Source: Felis catus (taxonomy: Eukaryota). From it: a DNA stretch of 64,000 nucleotides. The position numbers were made by a program, and so were the translations under genes. Each line of letters starts with the position of its first letter. Positions within the stretch are counted from its first letter, which is position 1. Location of the stretch: NCBI RefSeq assembly GCF_018350175.1, contig NC_058368.1, forward strand, positions 138,014,001 to 138,078,000, read 5' to 3'. The notes below the pieces were generated by a model that made no database searches, was not told the DNA's origin, and was given only the letters and a program-made list of their open reading frames with translations. Shown one piece after another: positions 1-12,969 of this stretch.

Positions 1-91
1 TGAGTAAGAATCAAACCTCTGATACTCTAAGCTACTGAGATTTGGGAATTGCTTGTTATCACAGCATAACCTAGCCCACCCTGACTGATAA
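1..91 (+). mobile_element. MaLR LTR (MLT1-type) 3' end
   Basis: 'taagctactgagatttggg...ttgttatcacagcataacctagcccaccctgactgata' resembles the typical MLT1 terminus. Confidence 0.6.
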
Positions 92-110
92 ACTCCTCTT
101 CCCCAACAGC

Positions 111-115
111 AAAAA

Positions 116-158
<43 letters not shown>

Positions 159-180
159 ACAAACAAACAAACAAACAAAA
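111..180 (+). repeat. (AAAT)n(AAAC)n microsatellite
   Basis: Read directly. Confidence 0.95.
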
Positions 181-1474
181 TTCACTTATGAACAAAAATG
201 TTAAATCTGTAATTAATAAGGAAAATATTTCAGGCACACATTGTAGGGATGATGTAAGTCTCCCAAGTAAGTCTCTACGCAGGTAGGAATGTTCCCCACT
301 GATGACTTGGAGACTTCCCACTTTATGCATGTAGGTTGCCATCTAAAGAAAAGGTAACAGTGATTAGTTTGTAAAATGTGTAAGTAACATTGTTCCTTCT
401 CTCCACCAACCTTCTGTATCAGTATCAAAAAAAAAAAAAAAAAAAAAAAAAGAGTGAAAGATCCAAGGGCTTCATCAAAACACCCTTAAGTGGGAAACTG
501 CTTCTTAGAGTTGAGATAAGGATGAAGGGTACATTTAATGAAAGTTCCCAGGGCTCATTGCCTTATATAATGTCATGGTATGATGCTTCCCATGAGTGCA
601 TAGGAAGTGCATATTACTCTTACTTTGAAAGTGGAGAAATTGAAGTCACTAACAGGGAAACTCTGATACGGATTCAGATCACCAAGCTCCTGATGCAGTT
701 TGATTGGCAGATGTTTTCTGGTTTTGTTACAAATAAATCTATTGCCTAAGTCAGTGAGTTTCTACTAAAGATACTCTAATGGTCACTGCAGTTTTTTTTT
801 TTTTTCTTTTTCCTCTATGTAATAACAGATGTGGTGATTTCTAAATCATTAAAAGATGAACACATCGAGCTTTTGTAAAGAATCCTGGAGAACTGGTTGT
901 CCCTGTAAATATAACATTGTCTCTTGCATTGCTATAAGCAGACCATGTGATCAGTGATGGATATTCTTAGAAAATAGGATATGGACGTCATTTGATAGTC
1001 AGAGGAACACTAATTTAATGTTCAGCTCAACCAATATAAACTGTTATGTCAACAGTCCAAATAGTAACATAGACTAGTTTATCTCTGGATTTCTTTCTTA
1101 ACAATGTAGGAGATAAGGGTATGAATCTCCTCGATCCATCCTGGAAAAACAGGAGAACAATATTTAAAATCTGAGTCAGCCCCTTAAATAGTAGCTGACA
1201 TAAGGTTGGATGGGTAAGACAAGTTGTGAGAGTACAGGGGCCATATCTGCCTTACATACAGGGTTTGGCATACAGTAAGTGCTAAGTGTTTGCTGTTTGA
1301 AGGCTGAATTCTGAGGAGGCAAATGTCAGACCTGAGATAAGTGTGAGCAGGGATGCTAGGGAGGGAGGTGGCTTGCTCTCTTGGGACTAAACAAGAAATT
1401 AAGTCCTTGGTCTCCGGGGAACTAAACAAAAATGGAAGAAGCTTCAAGGACAGAAGGTTTTAAAACCCCAGAGT

Positions 1475-2080
1475 TATTTTATTTTGAAATCATTTTAGAC
1501 TTACAGAAAAGTTCTAAGAATAGTGCAGCTTCTCTGAGCTTCCCCAGTGTTAACTTCTGTTGCTAACCACAGTACAAGTACCAAAACAAGGAAATTAACA
1601 TTGGTGCCATGCTATTAACTAAAATACACCGGTTTCTCCAGTTTTGTTCCTGATGTCCTTTTTCTGTCCTCGGATCCAACCCAGAATCCTACATTGCGTA
1701 TAGTTGTTGTGTCTAATATCCTCCAGTCTGTGATGGTTCCTGAGTCTTGTCTTTCATGACCTTGAAACTTTTGATGAATACTGGTCAGTTATTTTGTAGA
1801 ATGTGTCTCCATTTGGGGTTGTCTGGTGTTTTCTCATGATTAGATTAGGCTGCATGTTTTGGGCGAGAATATCAGAGAAGTGATACTGTGTTTCTCTTGG
1901 AGTGTCACATCAAGTCCACACGATGTCCATATGCCCTATTACTGCTAACATTGCTTTGATCCCTTAATTAAGGCATTCTAGGCCAGGTTTCTCCACCATT
2001 GTTATTTTTCCATTTGTATTTGAGAAATATTTGAGATTATTCAAATATCCTGTTTAAGCTTAAACATTTACTAATTTCAA
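1475..2080 (-). mobile_element. Ancient L1 (L1MC/L1ME-like) 3' region
   Basis: 'tttattttgaaatcattttagacttacagaaaagtt...ggaaattaacattggt...ggtcagttattttgtagaatgt' matches the pattern of old L1 3' UTRs. Confidence 0.6.
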
Positions 2081-2208
2081 CTACTAGTTGCGGTCTGGAT
2101 GTACAATTCCCTGATGATTAGTGATGTTGAGCATCTTTTCATGTACCTGTTGGCCTGTGTGTGTCTTTGGGAAAATGTCTATTCAGATTGTCTGCCTATT
2201 TTTAAATC

Positions 2209-2403
2209 TTTAATTTTTTTTGTAATGCTTATTTATTTTGCAGGGGGAGAGGAGGGGAGAGGCAGAGACAGAGGAGACAGAGGATCTGAGGTGGGCTACT
2301 CGCTGAGGGCAGATTGCCAGATGCAGGCCTTGAACCCACACACAGAGAGATCGTGACCTGGGCCAAGTCGGATGCTTAACCAACTGAGCCACCCAGGCGC
2401 CCC
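2209..2403 (-). mobile_element. CanSINE
   Basis: Reverse head 'gagccacccaggcgcccc', T-rich tail, TSD tgcctattttt. Confidence 0.9.
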
Positions 2404-2565
2404 TGCCTATTTTAAAATACGTTGATTTGTTTTTTGCTTTTGTTGGATGAGCTTCTTCCTTATATATTTTCAGATAGTAACTGCTTACCAAATAGATAGT
2501 TTGCAAATATTTAGGGACAAGCTCTTTGTGAGGGATCAATTAAAGAACGATCTGCAAAACTTCTA

Positions 2566-2779
2566 TTTTTTAAAGTTTATTTTTGAGAGAGAGAGAAGGG
2601 AGGGGGAACACATGCATATGAGGGGGGAAGGGCAGGGCGAGGGAGAGAGAGAATTCCAAGCAGACTCTGCTCTGGCAGCAGAGAGCCCTGTGTGGGGCTG
2701 GATAGCACAAAGTGCAAGATCCTGACCTGAGTTGAAATCAAGAGATGGACGCTTAACTGACTGCGCCACTCAGGCGCCT
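2566..2779 (-). mobile_element. CanSINE
   Basis: SINE body with (GA)n tract; TSD tgcaaaactt. Confidence 0.9.
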
Positions 2780-2835
2780 GCAAAACTTGTATCTTTTAAG
2801 TGATTTATTACTAACTTCTACTTCAAATGTTATCA

Positions 2836-3057
2836 TTTTTTATTTTTTTTAAGTTTCTTTATTTATTTTGAGAGACGATGGGCAGGGGAGGTGGCAGAAA
2901 GAGAAGGGGAGAAAGAATTCCAAGCAGGCTCCGCACTGTCAGTGCAGAGCCCAACACAGGGCTCAGTGCCCGGGCTCAATTCTATGAACTGTGAAATCGT
3001 GACCTGAGCCAAGACCAAGAGTTGGACGCTTAAGTGACTGAGCCACCCAGGGGCCCC
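2836..3057 (-). mobile_element. CanSINE
   Basis: SINE body; TSD tatcattttt. Confidence 0.9.
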
Positions 3058-4109
3058 TATCATTTTTAGTCTTAGGTAGTATGATGCTAATTTAATAAAG
3101 CAGAAAATATTCCATTAATAATGGGTTCAATGGCTGCTCAACTTAGTATGCTATTGCTATCAAGAAATATAAGTGATTTAATTTCCATACTTCATGAAGT
3201 TTTTGTCCCCGTGTGTGAGTTTTTAACCTGTGAACCACTAATAGACTTTCAGGTGGCCAAGAACTCCCTGGAAAGTAAATTCAAAATTTGGTGAATATGA
3301 GTGAATGTGTATTATTTTGGGGCGAAGATCTGAGGTTTTTTCAGATTTTCAGATCTGTTTGTGACCACACTCCTTTTCCCCCTGAAGCCTTATACTTTAA
3401 TTAACGTAGTGAACAAACACAGATCATTCTTTCTTCCTTACTCAAACTTCAACTGCGGGGTTTGGCAACATTTACACAGGAGGACAGAATAAACGTTAAT
3501 TCAGGTTGATCATTTTGGTTGGAGAAAAACATGTCCCTACAACGAACAAAAGATGGTAAGTGTCCCTTTTATGTTGCCAACTGCAGAGATTTGGATCAGC
3601 ATTGTACCATGAGGTATGTTTAATTTATGGAGAAACAATTACGTTTTGATGCCAACAGAAAAGCAAGTAAGTGTTTGGTATGATTAATGATACTTTGCAC
3701 TTGGGGCTTTAATCTTGCCGTGTGATGTTTACTTATGATGGTTTATACCATTTGTCATACTGTCAGTATCAAAGGTGAAGGCCAAGTGCACTATGTTAAA
3801 GGTTTTCTGGGATACCATTTCCATTCTCCTCTTTAACGCTCTTAACCTGTTTCTGTGCGCAGTTTATGTTATGTGAAAGAAGAATGTAATGTTTTATAAT
3901 GAGGAATATTTAAGGACTTTATATTTGCCGTTAAAGTCATTTCAGTGGCACATTTCAACAGTGCCAAAATGACTTGCAAAAGAAAGAGATACTCAGCTCC
4001 ACAAGTGTGACTAGAGCAGGGGAGCTGTGTGAGAAGGATGGCAAACGAGACCTGTTGATAGTATTTTCAGTAATCTTGGAGTATATCATAAGTGTTTGGG
4101 AGTGGGGTG

Positions 4110-4316
4110 GGGGGTGCGCCTGGGTGGCTTAATTGGTTAAGCGTCTGACTTTGGCACAGGTCATGATCTCAGTTTGTGGGTTCGAACCCCACACTGGGCT
4201 CTGTGCTGACAGCTCGGAGCCTGGAGCCTGCTTCCATTCTCTGTCTCTCTCTCTGTCCCTCCCCCACTTGCACTCTATCTCAAAAATAAAATACACATTA
4301 AAAAAATAAAAAAAAA
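4110..4316 (+). mobile_element. CanSINE (feliform type)
   Basis: Head 'gcctgggtggct', CT tract, A tail, TSD aagtgtt. Confidence 0.9.
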
Positions 4317-5489
4317 GTGTTCTTGGGGGTTAATGGAAATTATAGGAGAATATGTTTATCTGTAGAACCAAATCATGTCTTGCACAGAAACTGAAAGGCA
4401 AGTGCCATTCTGTTTCCTTTGGCTTATTTATCTCCTGACCTCTGTGTGATTTCACTGGCAGTTTCTCCTCACTCCTTTGTCTGTATTTCCTTGCACTTCA
4501 CAAGGTGCAACTATTTCTGAAGTCCACAAAAATTAAAAGATAAAGGCAAGAGAGTTTATATCTGCCACCTTCATGTTGCTGACGACTATGAAGTGTTTCA
4601 AAATGTTGTACATCTATTTTTTTTTTTTTTGAGCCCCCATCTGGAGCTTCCAGGAGCCTATTTTGCATGTTGTAGGTCCCCCACTAATAAGTCTTGGTAG
4701 GGTGGAAAAGAGAGAATTTAAAGATAAACGGTACTCTCTTGTTAGAAAAGTTGGCATTTGAATGGGAGCATATCTTTTGCAGATTAACTAAGACTGTTGG
4801 GTCCCTGGCTTCTCAGCTATAAAACAAACCAAAATAAAGCATAATTATATTGGGGCAGGGTTTGGAAGACAAAATAGAACAAGATAATGAGTCTAAATAG
4901 GGGCCCACTAGATGATGTTCCTTCTTGCTTCAGACTGCAGAGCTGAATTAGTAAGTCCCTGCTAGAAGGTTGAGGGGTGAAGGTATCATTGAAGCCAATG
5001 TTGTTTATTAAACAAACAGTTATGTGTTTCTTCTGCCAAATCTTATACTAGGCAACAGAGAATCAAAGATGATTAAAGCATACTCCTGACATTAGTCAAC
5101 TCTCAGCTGAGGGACATGGAGGCAGATACAGACCATCCAAACGCCATACAAGTAAGTTCAGTGACCAAGAACTATGCGGAGTCGGACGGAAGGGCAGATA
5201 AAGGCATCTAGCTCAACCTGGCCTGGAGGGTGGGGTTGCTGCTGAAAGTTTTCTGGAGGGAGAGACTGAACGAAGGTGTAGGAGATCAGCAGAAAAACAC
5301 AGATCTGCAGACTGGCTTCCAGAATTTATATGGCTGAGCAGACCAAGATGTGACGGCTGAGGTTGGTGGTGGACCACATGGACCGGGGCAGGCACGGTCA
5401 TTGTGGTGTCTGGGGTTGTTTTGACTATCAAGAAATATGTGACTCCTAAGTTCTTCTGAAACTCCCTGCATGAGGCCATACAGGGTAGT

Positions 5490-5680
5490 TGTTGTGAGTC
5501 CGGGCTGCGCTTGAATCTGGGCTTTACCACTTACTAGTTTCTTTTCTGGTAAAGAGGAGATACTACTGGTAGCTGATAGCATCTCTAGTGTTGCGAGGAT
5601 TAAATGAGCTAATGTAATAACAGGCCTTAGAACAGTGCCTGGTATATGTTAAGCATGGTGTTAGCTGCCATTATCATGAG
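5490..5680 (+). mobile_element. MIR
   Basis: 'ttgaatctgggctttaccacttactag...gttgcgaggattaaatgagctaatgta...ccttagaacagtgcctgg' MIR core and tail. Confidence 0.65.
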
Positions 5681-7324
5681 TCTGAGGCTGTGACCCATAG
5701 TGCAGATCCTTGCGGCACTGGTGGCCAAGGAGAGAGTGGCTTTCTACAAACCATTGCCAAGAGCAGCTCTGAAGAAGGGAGTGGCAGGTTATTTTGGTGT
5801 TTCCCAAGGCAGAGGTGGGGAGGAACCTAACAGAAATACCAAGGTAGCATTTCCAAAATATACATGTTAGGGATGTATCCTGGAGCTGCTGAATCAGTAT
5901 GTTCAGGGGTGAGGCCCAGGCAGGAGTAAAGGGAAAAGACTTCCAGGTGATATGTCAGCTCAGTGCTGTCTCTGCCTCCCCTTAGGATAACAGTGTGACC
6001 AGGGAAAATGTTTAGTGTAGGTGCGTGTCAGGCACAATGTGGTGCGGGGGAGTTTCCTTGAATACACAGAATAAATCAAATTGTCTTCCTTTCCACCCTG
6101 CAATCTGATGTGCAAATGTCAAGACAGGGAGAGGCAAAAGATAATAGGGGCAGAGCTTTGCAACCAAAGGGTTTAGGGCAGAATGCCTGGTGCTTTAGGA
6201 ACTGTGCTTAGGTTAAAACAAGAGATGGTCTGAGGGACTTTTGCAGAGCCTTTGTGCTTGTGACATCACAACCACCCAGGGAAGGGATCTATGTAGGGGA
6301 ACTCCCCTGGAGGAGGGGACACAGAGGGGACTGGCCAGGCCTCAGTGCATCTCCACATCTGTTTGCCGGGAAATACTCTCAAACAAGCACACTGGCCACG
6401 GTGCCCTTAAGGAGGTACAACCTAGTGATTAAATGATGAAACATAAACGAGGAAAAGACAGAACACTTGTTAGGTGTCTAGAATCTCAGAATGTCAAATG
6501 TCCCACAAGGAGAATCCTACAAATGTCACTTACCATTGTTGGGGAGATTTACTTCCTATGGCTTCACTCCTGGCTCTGGGGTGTTAGTGACATTCAGTCC
6601 ACCATCATGGCCTGGCCTGCAAGCTGCTCTCTTTCAGAGGTCCCCTGGAGGCCCACTAGGCGACCTTCTATTTGCTGAAATGGCTCTTGTCAGGGCATTC
6701 AGTATCATGTTGGATAGGGGTGGTCACAAAAAGACACTAAGAGTCCTTAGGAGCTTAGAGTCCAGCAGAAAAGACACAAATAACACCGAAGACTACCATT
6801 TACCAGGTGCTGGCTGGGTACTAGGCTCCAGTCCTTACCACAATCTTAAAAACTCCTGTAAGACTCATGGAACGATCTTCACTTTAAGGGGGATGAAACA
6901 TGTCTTAATGAGATAAAGTAACTTACTGGACGAACACAGTTAGCAAGTGGCAAGTTAGGTGTGACGACAAAGTCCACGCTGTTCTTTCGGCTCGACCACA
7001 TCGCACCTTAGCCAGCAAGGTGACAACCAACTCAGGAGCACAACGTGGTAATTATTATTACAGTGGTGTCTTCAAAGCACCAAGGGCAAATGGATGAGAA
7101 GGGGCAAGGATGACTTCTAGAGCATACGCAGAATAGAATTCTACCCTGTTTTGGGAGCACTGGGAGCACACACTTGCATGTTACTGAATCTTCTAGAAAA
7201 CTGTAGAAGGTTGGAGGTTTCTGGATGGAGCAGAACCTGACGTGGTTTTTTTTTTTTTTTGAATTCAAGTATATAACTACCAAAATTATTAATTAACTAC
7301 TTAGAATTTAAAAAGTTGTGGTAG

Positions 7325-7507
7325 GGGCCCCTGGGTGGCCTTGTTGCTTAAGCATCCAACTCTTGACTTCGGCTCAAGTCGCGATCTCACAGTTTGTGAA
7401 TGCAAGCTCTTCATCGGGGTCTGTGCTGACAATGCAGAGCCTGCCTGGGATTCTCTCTCCCTCTCTCTCTCCCCCTCTCCCCTCAAAATAAATAAACTTA
7501 AAAAAAC
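7325..7507 (+). mobile_element. CanSINE
   Basis: Head, CT tract, A tail; TSD aaaa(g/c)ttgtggta-like. Confidence 0.9.
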
Positions 7508-8163
7508 TGTGGTAAAAATACATAGTAAAATTTATTCTCAAACATTTTAGATGTACATTTCAGTAGTATTAAGTATCTTCACTTGGTTGTGCAACCAATC
7601 AATGGCCTTCTTTTAGAAGTAACTAGATACTCATGTTTTTCTCATTTTTCACTCGTATTCCTTTCTATGCTTTTAAAGCTCTATTTAGGTTTATTCGTTT
7701 CACTACCTATTTGTTCACAAATCCCCCAATCCTACTCCTCTCCCAAGAGATGATCACGATTAACAGCTTTTTGGGTGGCTTTCTAGACTGATTACAATGC
7801 ATTTGCAAATATATATTGATCCACAAACACTTTACTATTTTTTAAATAAAAATGGGCTGCTAGTAAACATACTGTTCTGCAATTTGCTTTTCTCACTTAG
7901 TCATATAACCCTGGACATCTTTCCACGTTAGTACATTCAGAGCCATGTTATTATTTTCTTAAACAAATAGTGGAGGCGTTCCATAATTATCTAACCAAAT
8001 ACCCATATGAACAATTAGGTTGTTTCCAATTTTTGCTCGCAAAAACGGTGCCTGAGCATAGTTGTGTATACATGTTCATGCCCTTGCAGGTATCTTTAGG
8101 ATAGATTCTGAGAAGCAGACTTATGTGTCCTTGAATTCTGTGTTTAAAAATATTGTACATTTT

Positions 8164-8325
8164 TGGGTGGGGGATGGGTTAAATGGGTGATGGGTTAAGG
8201 AGAACACTAGTAATGATGACCACTGGGAGTTGTATGTAAGTGATGAATCACTAAATTCTATACCTGAAACTAATATTACACTGTATGTTGACCAATTGGA
8301 ATTTAAATAAAAACTTGAAAAAAAT
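8164..8325 (+). mobile_element. Carnivore L1, 5'-truncated 3' tail
   Basis: 'gatgaatcactaaattctatacctgaaactaatattacactgtatgtt' then A tail; TSD aaaaatattgt. Confidence 0.85.
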
Positions 8326-8354
8326 ATTGTTCCTTTTTTTTTTTTTTTTCCATT

Positions 8355-8478
8355 TTTTTAAAGTAGGCTTCATTTCCAGGGTGGAGCCTAATGTGGGACT
8401 TGAACTTACAACCCTGAGATCAAGACCTGAGCTGAGATCAAATTTGACACTTAACCACCTGAACCACCCAGGTGCCCC
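8355..8478 (-). mobile_element. Short older CanSINE
   Basis: 'cttgaacttacaaccctgagatcaagacctgagctgagatc...ccacccaggtgcccc'. Confidence 0.85.
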
Positions 8479-8479
8479 T

Positions 8480-9510
8480 TTTTTTCATTTTCAAAAATGA
8501 GATAGAATGCAAATATTGTATATGTTTAAGGTGTATAACATGTCAATTTGCAACATTTATATATTGCAATATATTACTATCCTACGGTCAGCTTAACACC
8601 TATCACGACACAGTTATAATTTATTTTTTGTCTTTTATAATTTTTTTGTTGTGAGAACATTTGAGATACAGTCTTTCAGCAATTTGAAGTATGTAATACA
8701 ATATTATTGACTATAATCACTACCCTGTGCATTAGATCCTCAGAACTTACTCATTTTCTAATTGTAACTTTGTACCCTTTGGCCAACTTCTCATAATTTC
8801 TTCACCTCCCAGTCCCTGGTAACCACCATTCTAGTCCCTGTTTCTATGCAAGTTCAGCTCTTTCTAGATTCCACATATAAATCAGATCATGCAGTATTTG
8901 TCTCCCTCTGACTTCTCTTAGTATAATGTCCTCAGTGTCGATCCAGGTTGCTGTAAAGGGGCAGGATTTCCTTCTTCCTCATGGCTGATTATTATTCTAT
9001 TATGTATGTGTGTGTGTGTGTGTACGTATATGTGTATATGTATCTGCATCTCACATCTTCTTTATGCATTCATCCATTGATGGACACTTAGATCATTTCC
9101 ATATTTTGGCTACTGTGAATAATGCTGCAATGAACATGGGAGTGCAGAGATCTTTTTGAAATCCCGTTTTCATTTCCTTTGGTTATATACCAAGGACTGG
9201 GATTGTTAAATTATAAAAAGTTTCATTTTTAATTTTTTGAGGAACCTCCAACTATTTTCCATAGTGGCTGTGTCAATTTATATTCTCACCAGTGTACAAG
9301 GGTTCCCCTATGTCCACATTCTCGCCAACACTTGTTATCTTGTCTCTTTATCTTGTCTCTTATCTCTGGGATGACTGTAACTTTGATGCTGAGTGTGTTT
9401 TCAGGTACCTGTTGGCCATCTGGATGACTTCCTTGGGAAAAGATCTATTCCGTTCCTCGGCCCATTTTCAGATCAGATTGTTTTTTTGCTATTGAGCTGT
9501 ATGAAAAAAT
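8480..9510 (-). mobile_element. L1 (L1MA-like) 3' UTR and ORF2 end
   Basis: 'cattagatcctcagaacttactcat', 'ctggtaaccaccattct', 'ttttttgaggaacctcca' L1 motifs. Confidence 0.85.
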
Positions 9511-9729
9511 TGTCTCTTCGATAATTTCTTTTACCCTTTCCCTCTTCTCCTGGAACTCTTTTTAGAGGGACGTTGGATATGCGAGATTAATCCTGCAACA
9601 ATTTTGTTTTTGATTTTACATTTTCTGTGAACTTGGCTTTTTTTTTTTTAACTTTCTGGGATTTTTCATCAATTTTATCTTCAACATCCTGTGTTGAATT
9701 TTCAAATTGAATTTTGAATTTTATTTTAT

Positions 9730-9759
9730 TTTAAAAATATTTTGAGAAAGAGAGAGAGA

Positions 9760-9801
<42 letters not shown>

Positions 9802-9957
9802 ATGGAGGAGGGGCAGAAAGAAAGAGAGAATCTGAAGCAGGGTCTGCACCACCACTATGGAGCTCAATGTGGGGCTTGATCTGACAACTCATGAGATCGT
9901 GACCTGTGCTGAAATCAAGAGTCTGACACTTAACTTACTGAGTCACCCAGGCACTTC
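9730..9957 (-). mobile_element. CanSINE with (TG)n expansion
   Basis: SINE body; (TG)n at ~9762-9798; TSD tgaattttgaatttt. Confidence 0.85.
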
Positions 9958-10299
9958 TGAATTTTGAATTTTAAACTTTACTATGAATTTTTAAATTATA
10001 TTTTTAATTTCCATGTATACCTTCTTGTCCTCCCTTTGTTCCATTTTCACAGCATTTTGTTCTTGTTCAATAGGTACTTTAAATCTATCTATCTATTTCT
10101 GGAATACACAAATGAGAATTTATAAGAAGTTTTTTTCCACCTGTAGTTTAATTCTTAATTTCTGAAGTTTAATTTTATAGCTTAACTTGGATGGGTTTTG
10201 TCACGTTGTGGCTTTCTACATGACTAGCTGTCCATATTTGAGGTAGTATCCAGGCATTAGTGGTTTTAAAAGCTCCCTACATATTCCAGTGGTCTAGAG

Positions 10300-10523
10300 C
10301 AGTGGGTAGGCAAACTATAGCTTGTAGGTCAAATTCAGCCCACCATCTATTTTTGTAAATGCAATTTTTGGAACACAGACACCGGTCATTTGTTTACATA
10401 CTGTCAATCACTGATTTTGTGCTATAGCTGCAGAGTTGAGTGGTTGTGACAGAGACCGTCAAACCCACTCAGATGAAGAAATTTTCTATCTGTCCCTTTA
10501 CAGAAAATGTTTGCAGACTCCTG
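10300..10523. mobile_element. hAT-Charlie DNA transposon, MER58A-like
   Basis: TIR-like ends cagtgggtaggcaaac / gtttgcagactcctg, tctag-containing flanks, typical internal 'gcagagttgagtggttgtgacagagacc'. Confidence 0.8.
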
Positions 10524-10684
10524 TTCTAGCGGAAGAAGGCAAAGGCTGTCTTGTAAGCTCTCTGAGCTTGTCCACAGCTTCTGTCATGCCTGCTGCTCAA
10601 CTACCCCATATGGCTGAAATTAGCTTTTTAAAATGAAAAACAACTAATTTTTTGCAGTATGAGATAGTATCAGAGAATAATAAA

Positions 10685-10883
10685 TTTTAATATTGATTTT
10701 TAAGAGAGAGACAGAGTGTGAGTGGGGGAAGGGCAGAGAAAGAGGGAGACACAGAACCTGAAGCATGCTCCAGGCTCTGAACTGTCAGCACAGAGCCTGA
10801 TGCAGGGCGTGAACCCACGAACCATGAGATCATGACCTGAGCTAAAGTCGGATGCTTAACGGACTGAGCCAGCCAGGGACCCC
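10685..10883 (-). mobile_element. CanSINE
   Basis: SINE body, reverse orientation. Confidence 0.9.
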
Positions 10884-12169
10884 AAGAGTGATAATTTAAA
10901 GACATTTTCCTTGATAGAAGAAAATTAACTGCCTTTTAGGGTGGGGCTCTGAGTAGGACACTTTAAAATAAAGTGTCTATTTAAAATAGTCTATTTTTAG
11001 ACTCTCCATTTTTTCCAAGTCTTTCAATTTTCTTTTGTATATTATAGCTGATTCTTAAGTCTTTTTGTCTGAGTTGGAGTACCAGGTCCTGTGTAAGCTT
11101 ACCTGCTCTCCATACCTCCCCAGGGTGCTGAAGAAAGAGCTCTGTAAGTGTCCCATTGAATAAAAACAGACAACAAAGTTCCCATGCATTATTGCACTTA
11201 TCACCGACTGCCTTGCTCTTCTGAGTTGGATTCAGAAATTGCAAAATAGTTTACTCGGCCAATTAAAAAAAAAAAAATTCTTGGATCCTTTAGTGGCAAA
11301 AGTCCGAGTTACTGAGATAAAATATTTTTTATGTAGGTTTTGTTATTGTTGGGGGAAGTTAACTAATTCATAGCAATTTTATTTATAGATTTTCCTGTCT
11401 TTTCTCTCCCTCTGCCTACCCTTTTTAAATGGAAAAACAGGATCTAGGTCCTCTTTAATGAGTAATAGCTGCCCAAAGCTATACGTGCATTTTGAGGCTT
11501 CCAAATGATGTCATGTGCAGAACACCGACACTTCATTCTCACCATCTGGCATGTCACCAGAAGTCTTCAACATAATTGCAGCCCAGGTGACTGTGGCACA
11601 CACATTAGTTCCCACCTATATTATCAGTGATGAGTTCTCTCTCCCTAATTAAAAAGGTGTTGTTATCTCAATGATCAACTCTGTTTTTTAAGAGCTTTGT
11701 CTTTTAACTATGAAAACTTGCTGCAGGCTGGGATTTCATATGTTTGTGCAAGTGATCAGCAGGTGTTAGGGGACTGGAGACAAGCTAGCTTTTGAGTTAT
11801 GTGGCCCCAAATCTTATACGTGAGCATTCCAGTAAGGTTCCTGGAAACAAACTTGCTAACCGGTGGAAGGTTTATAGATGTCTGCATTTGGGGATAGTAT
11901 CTAGCTGGCCTGCTTTGTGCAGTCATGCCCTGGAGACCAAAAAGGGGCCTTTGAGTTGGTTTAAAATTTAAGAAGTCAGGTACAAACTGGGGAGAGCTGG
12001 AGCCATTTTTGGTAAGGAAAAAAAAGCTAACAAATGGATGATGCAAATAAACAATCACTTTGTGAGATGAAGCGTGTTCTAGACCCTATGGAAAACCTCT
12101 GTGTTTCCTTGGGTGAATCAAGGATAGGATTTACTGGCCCTTCACAAGTCAAAAAGGCCTGGCTTTCAT

Positions 12170-12405
12170 GGGGTGATTGCGGGGGCTCAGTCGGTTGAGC
12201 ATCTGACTTCTGTTCAGATCACCATCTCATAGTTGGTGGGTTTGAGCCCCGTGTCGGGTTAGGGTTAGGGTTAGGGTTAGGGTTAGGGTTAGGGTTAGGG
12301 TTAGCAGAGCCTGGAGCCTGCTTTGGATTCTGTCTCCCTCTCTCTCTGCCCCTCCCCCACTCACTGTCTCTCAAAAATGAATAAACAAAACAAAACAAGA
12401 AAAAC
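12170..12405 (+). mobile_element. CanSINE interrupted by a telomeric repeat
   Basis: Head, body and tail present; TSD aaaaaggcctggc(t/c)ttc at 12151-12167 and 12406-12422. Confidence 0.9.
12256..12304 (+). repeat. Interstitial telomeric sequence GGG(TTAGGG)7TTAG
   Basis: Seven perfect TTAGGG units at 12259-12300, read directly. Confidence 0.97.
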
Positions 12406-12606
12406 AAAAAGGCCTGGCCTTCCCGAAGGGCAGGGAATTATCAACCAACAGCTAGTTTCCTACAAAGTTTGGGTCGGGAGGTTTAGAAAAGTACAGAGTA
12501 ACTGATAACCTGTGAAGCTGGAGAAAATAAAAAGCAAAACAAAACGTGCCTGTGCTAGAGGCTACATACTTCCCAAACCGGCCTTGCGTTTCCGAGGGTC
12601 CTGAAA

Positions 12607-12788
12607 CAGCACGGTCCAAAAGAACCTTCTGTGATGATGAAATGTAATACGTGTTGTCCAAGACTAACACGTGGCTATCAAGCCATCAAGGTATGGCTAG
12701 TGCAACGAGGAACTGATTTTTCAATTTTATTTCATTTCAATTAATTTAAACAGCCACATGTGACTGATGGCTACTATACTGGACAGTA
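12607..12788. mobile_element. hAT-Charlie DNA transposon, MER3-like
   Basis: 'gtccaaaagaaccttctgtgatgatgaaatgt...agccacatgtgactgatggctactatactggacag'. Confidence 0.75.
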
Positions 12789-12969
12789 AAGAAATAAGAA
12801 ATTATTATTATTTTTTTTTTGTGGAGGTTACTGTATTTAATAATAGTGATGAAGGTGACACTTTTTAGCCATGAGTGGCCGCATCTGAATATTTAGGAAC
12901 GGATTAGAATTGGTGTTTCTTGTAAAATGAAATCTCATCGTTGTATCTTCTTTTAAGAAAATCCCCTGA

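Noticed and set aside
12219..12407. ORF with an NPNPNP repeat
   Set aside because: It is the reverse-strand translation of the TTAGGG tract inside a SINE, not a protein.
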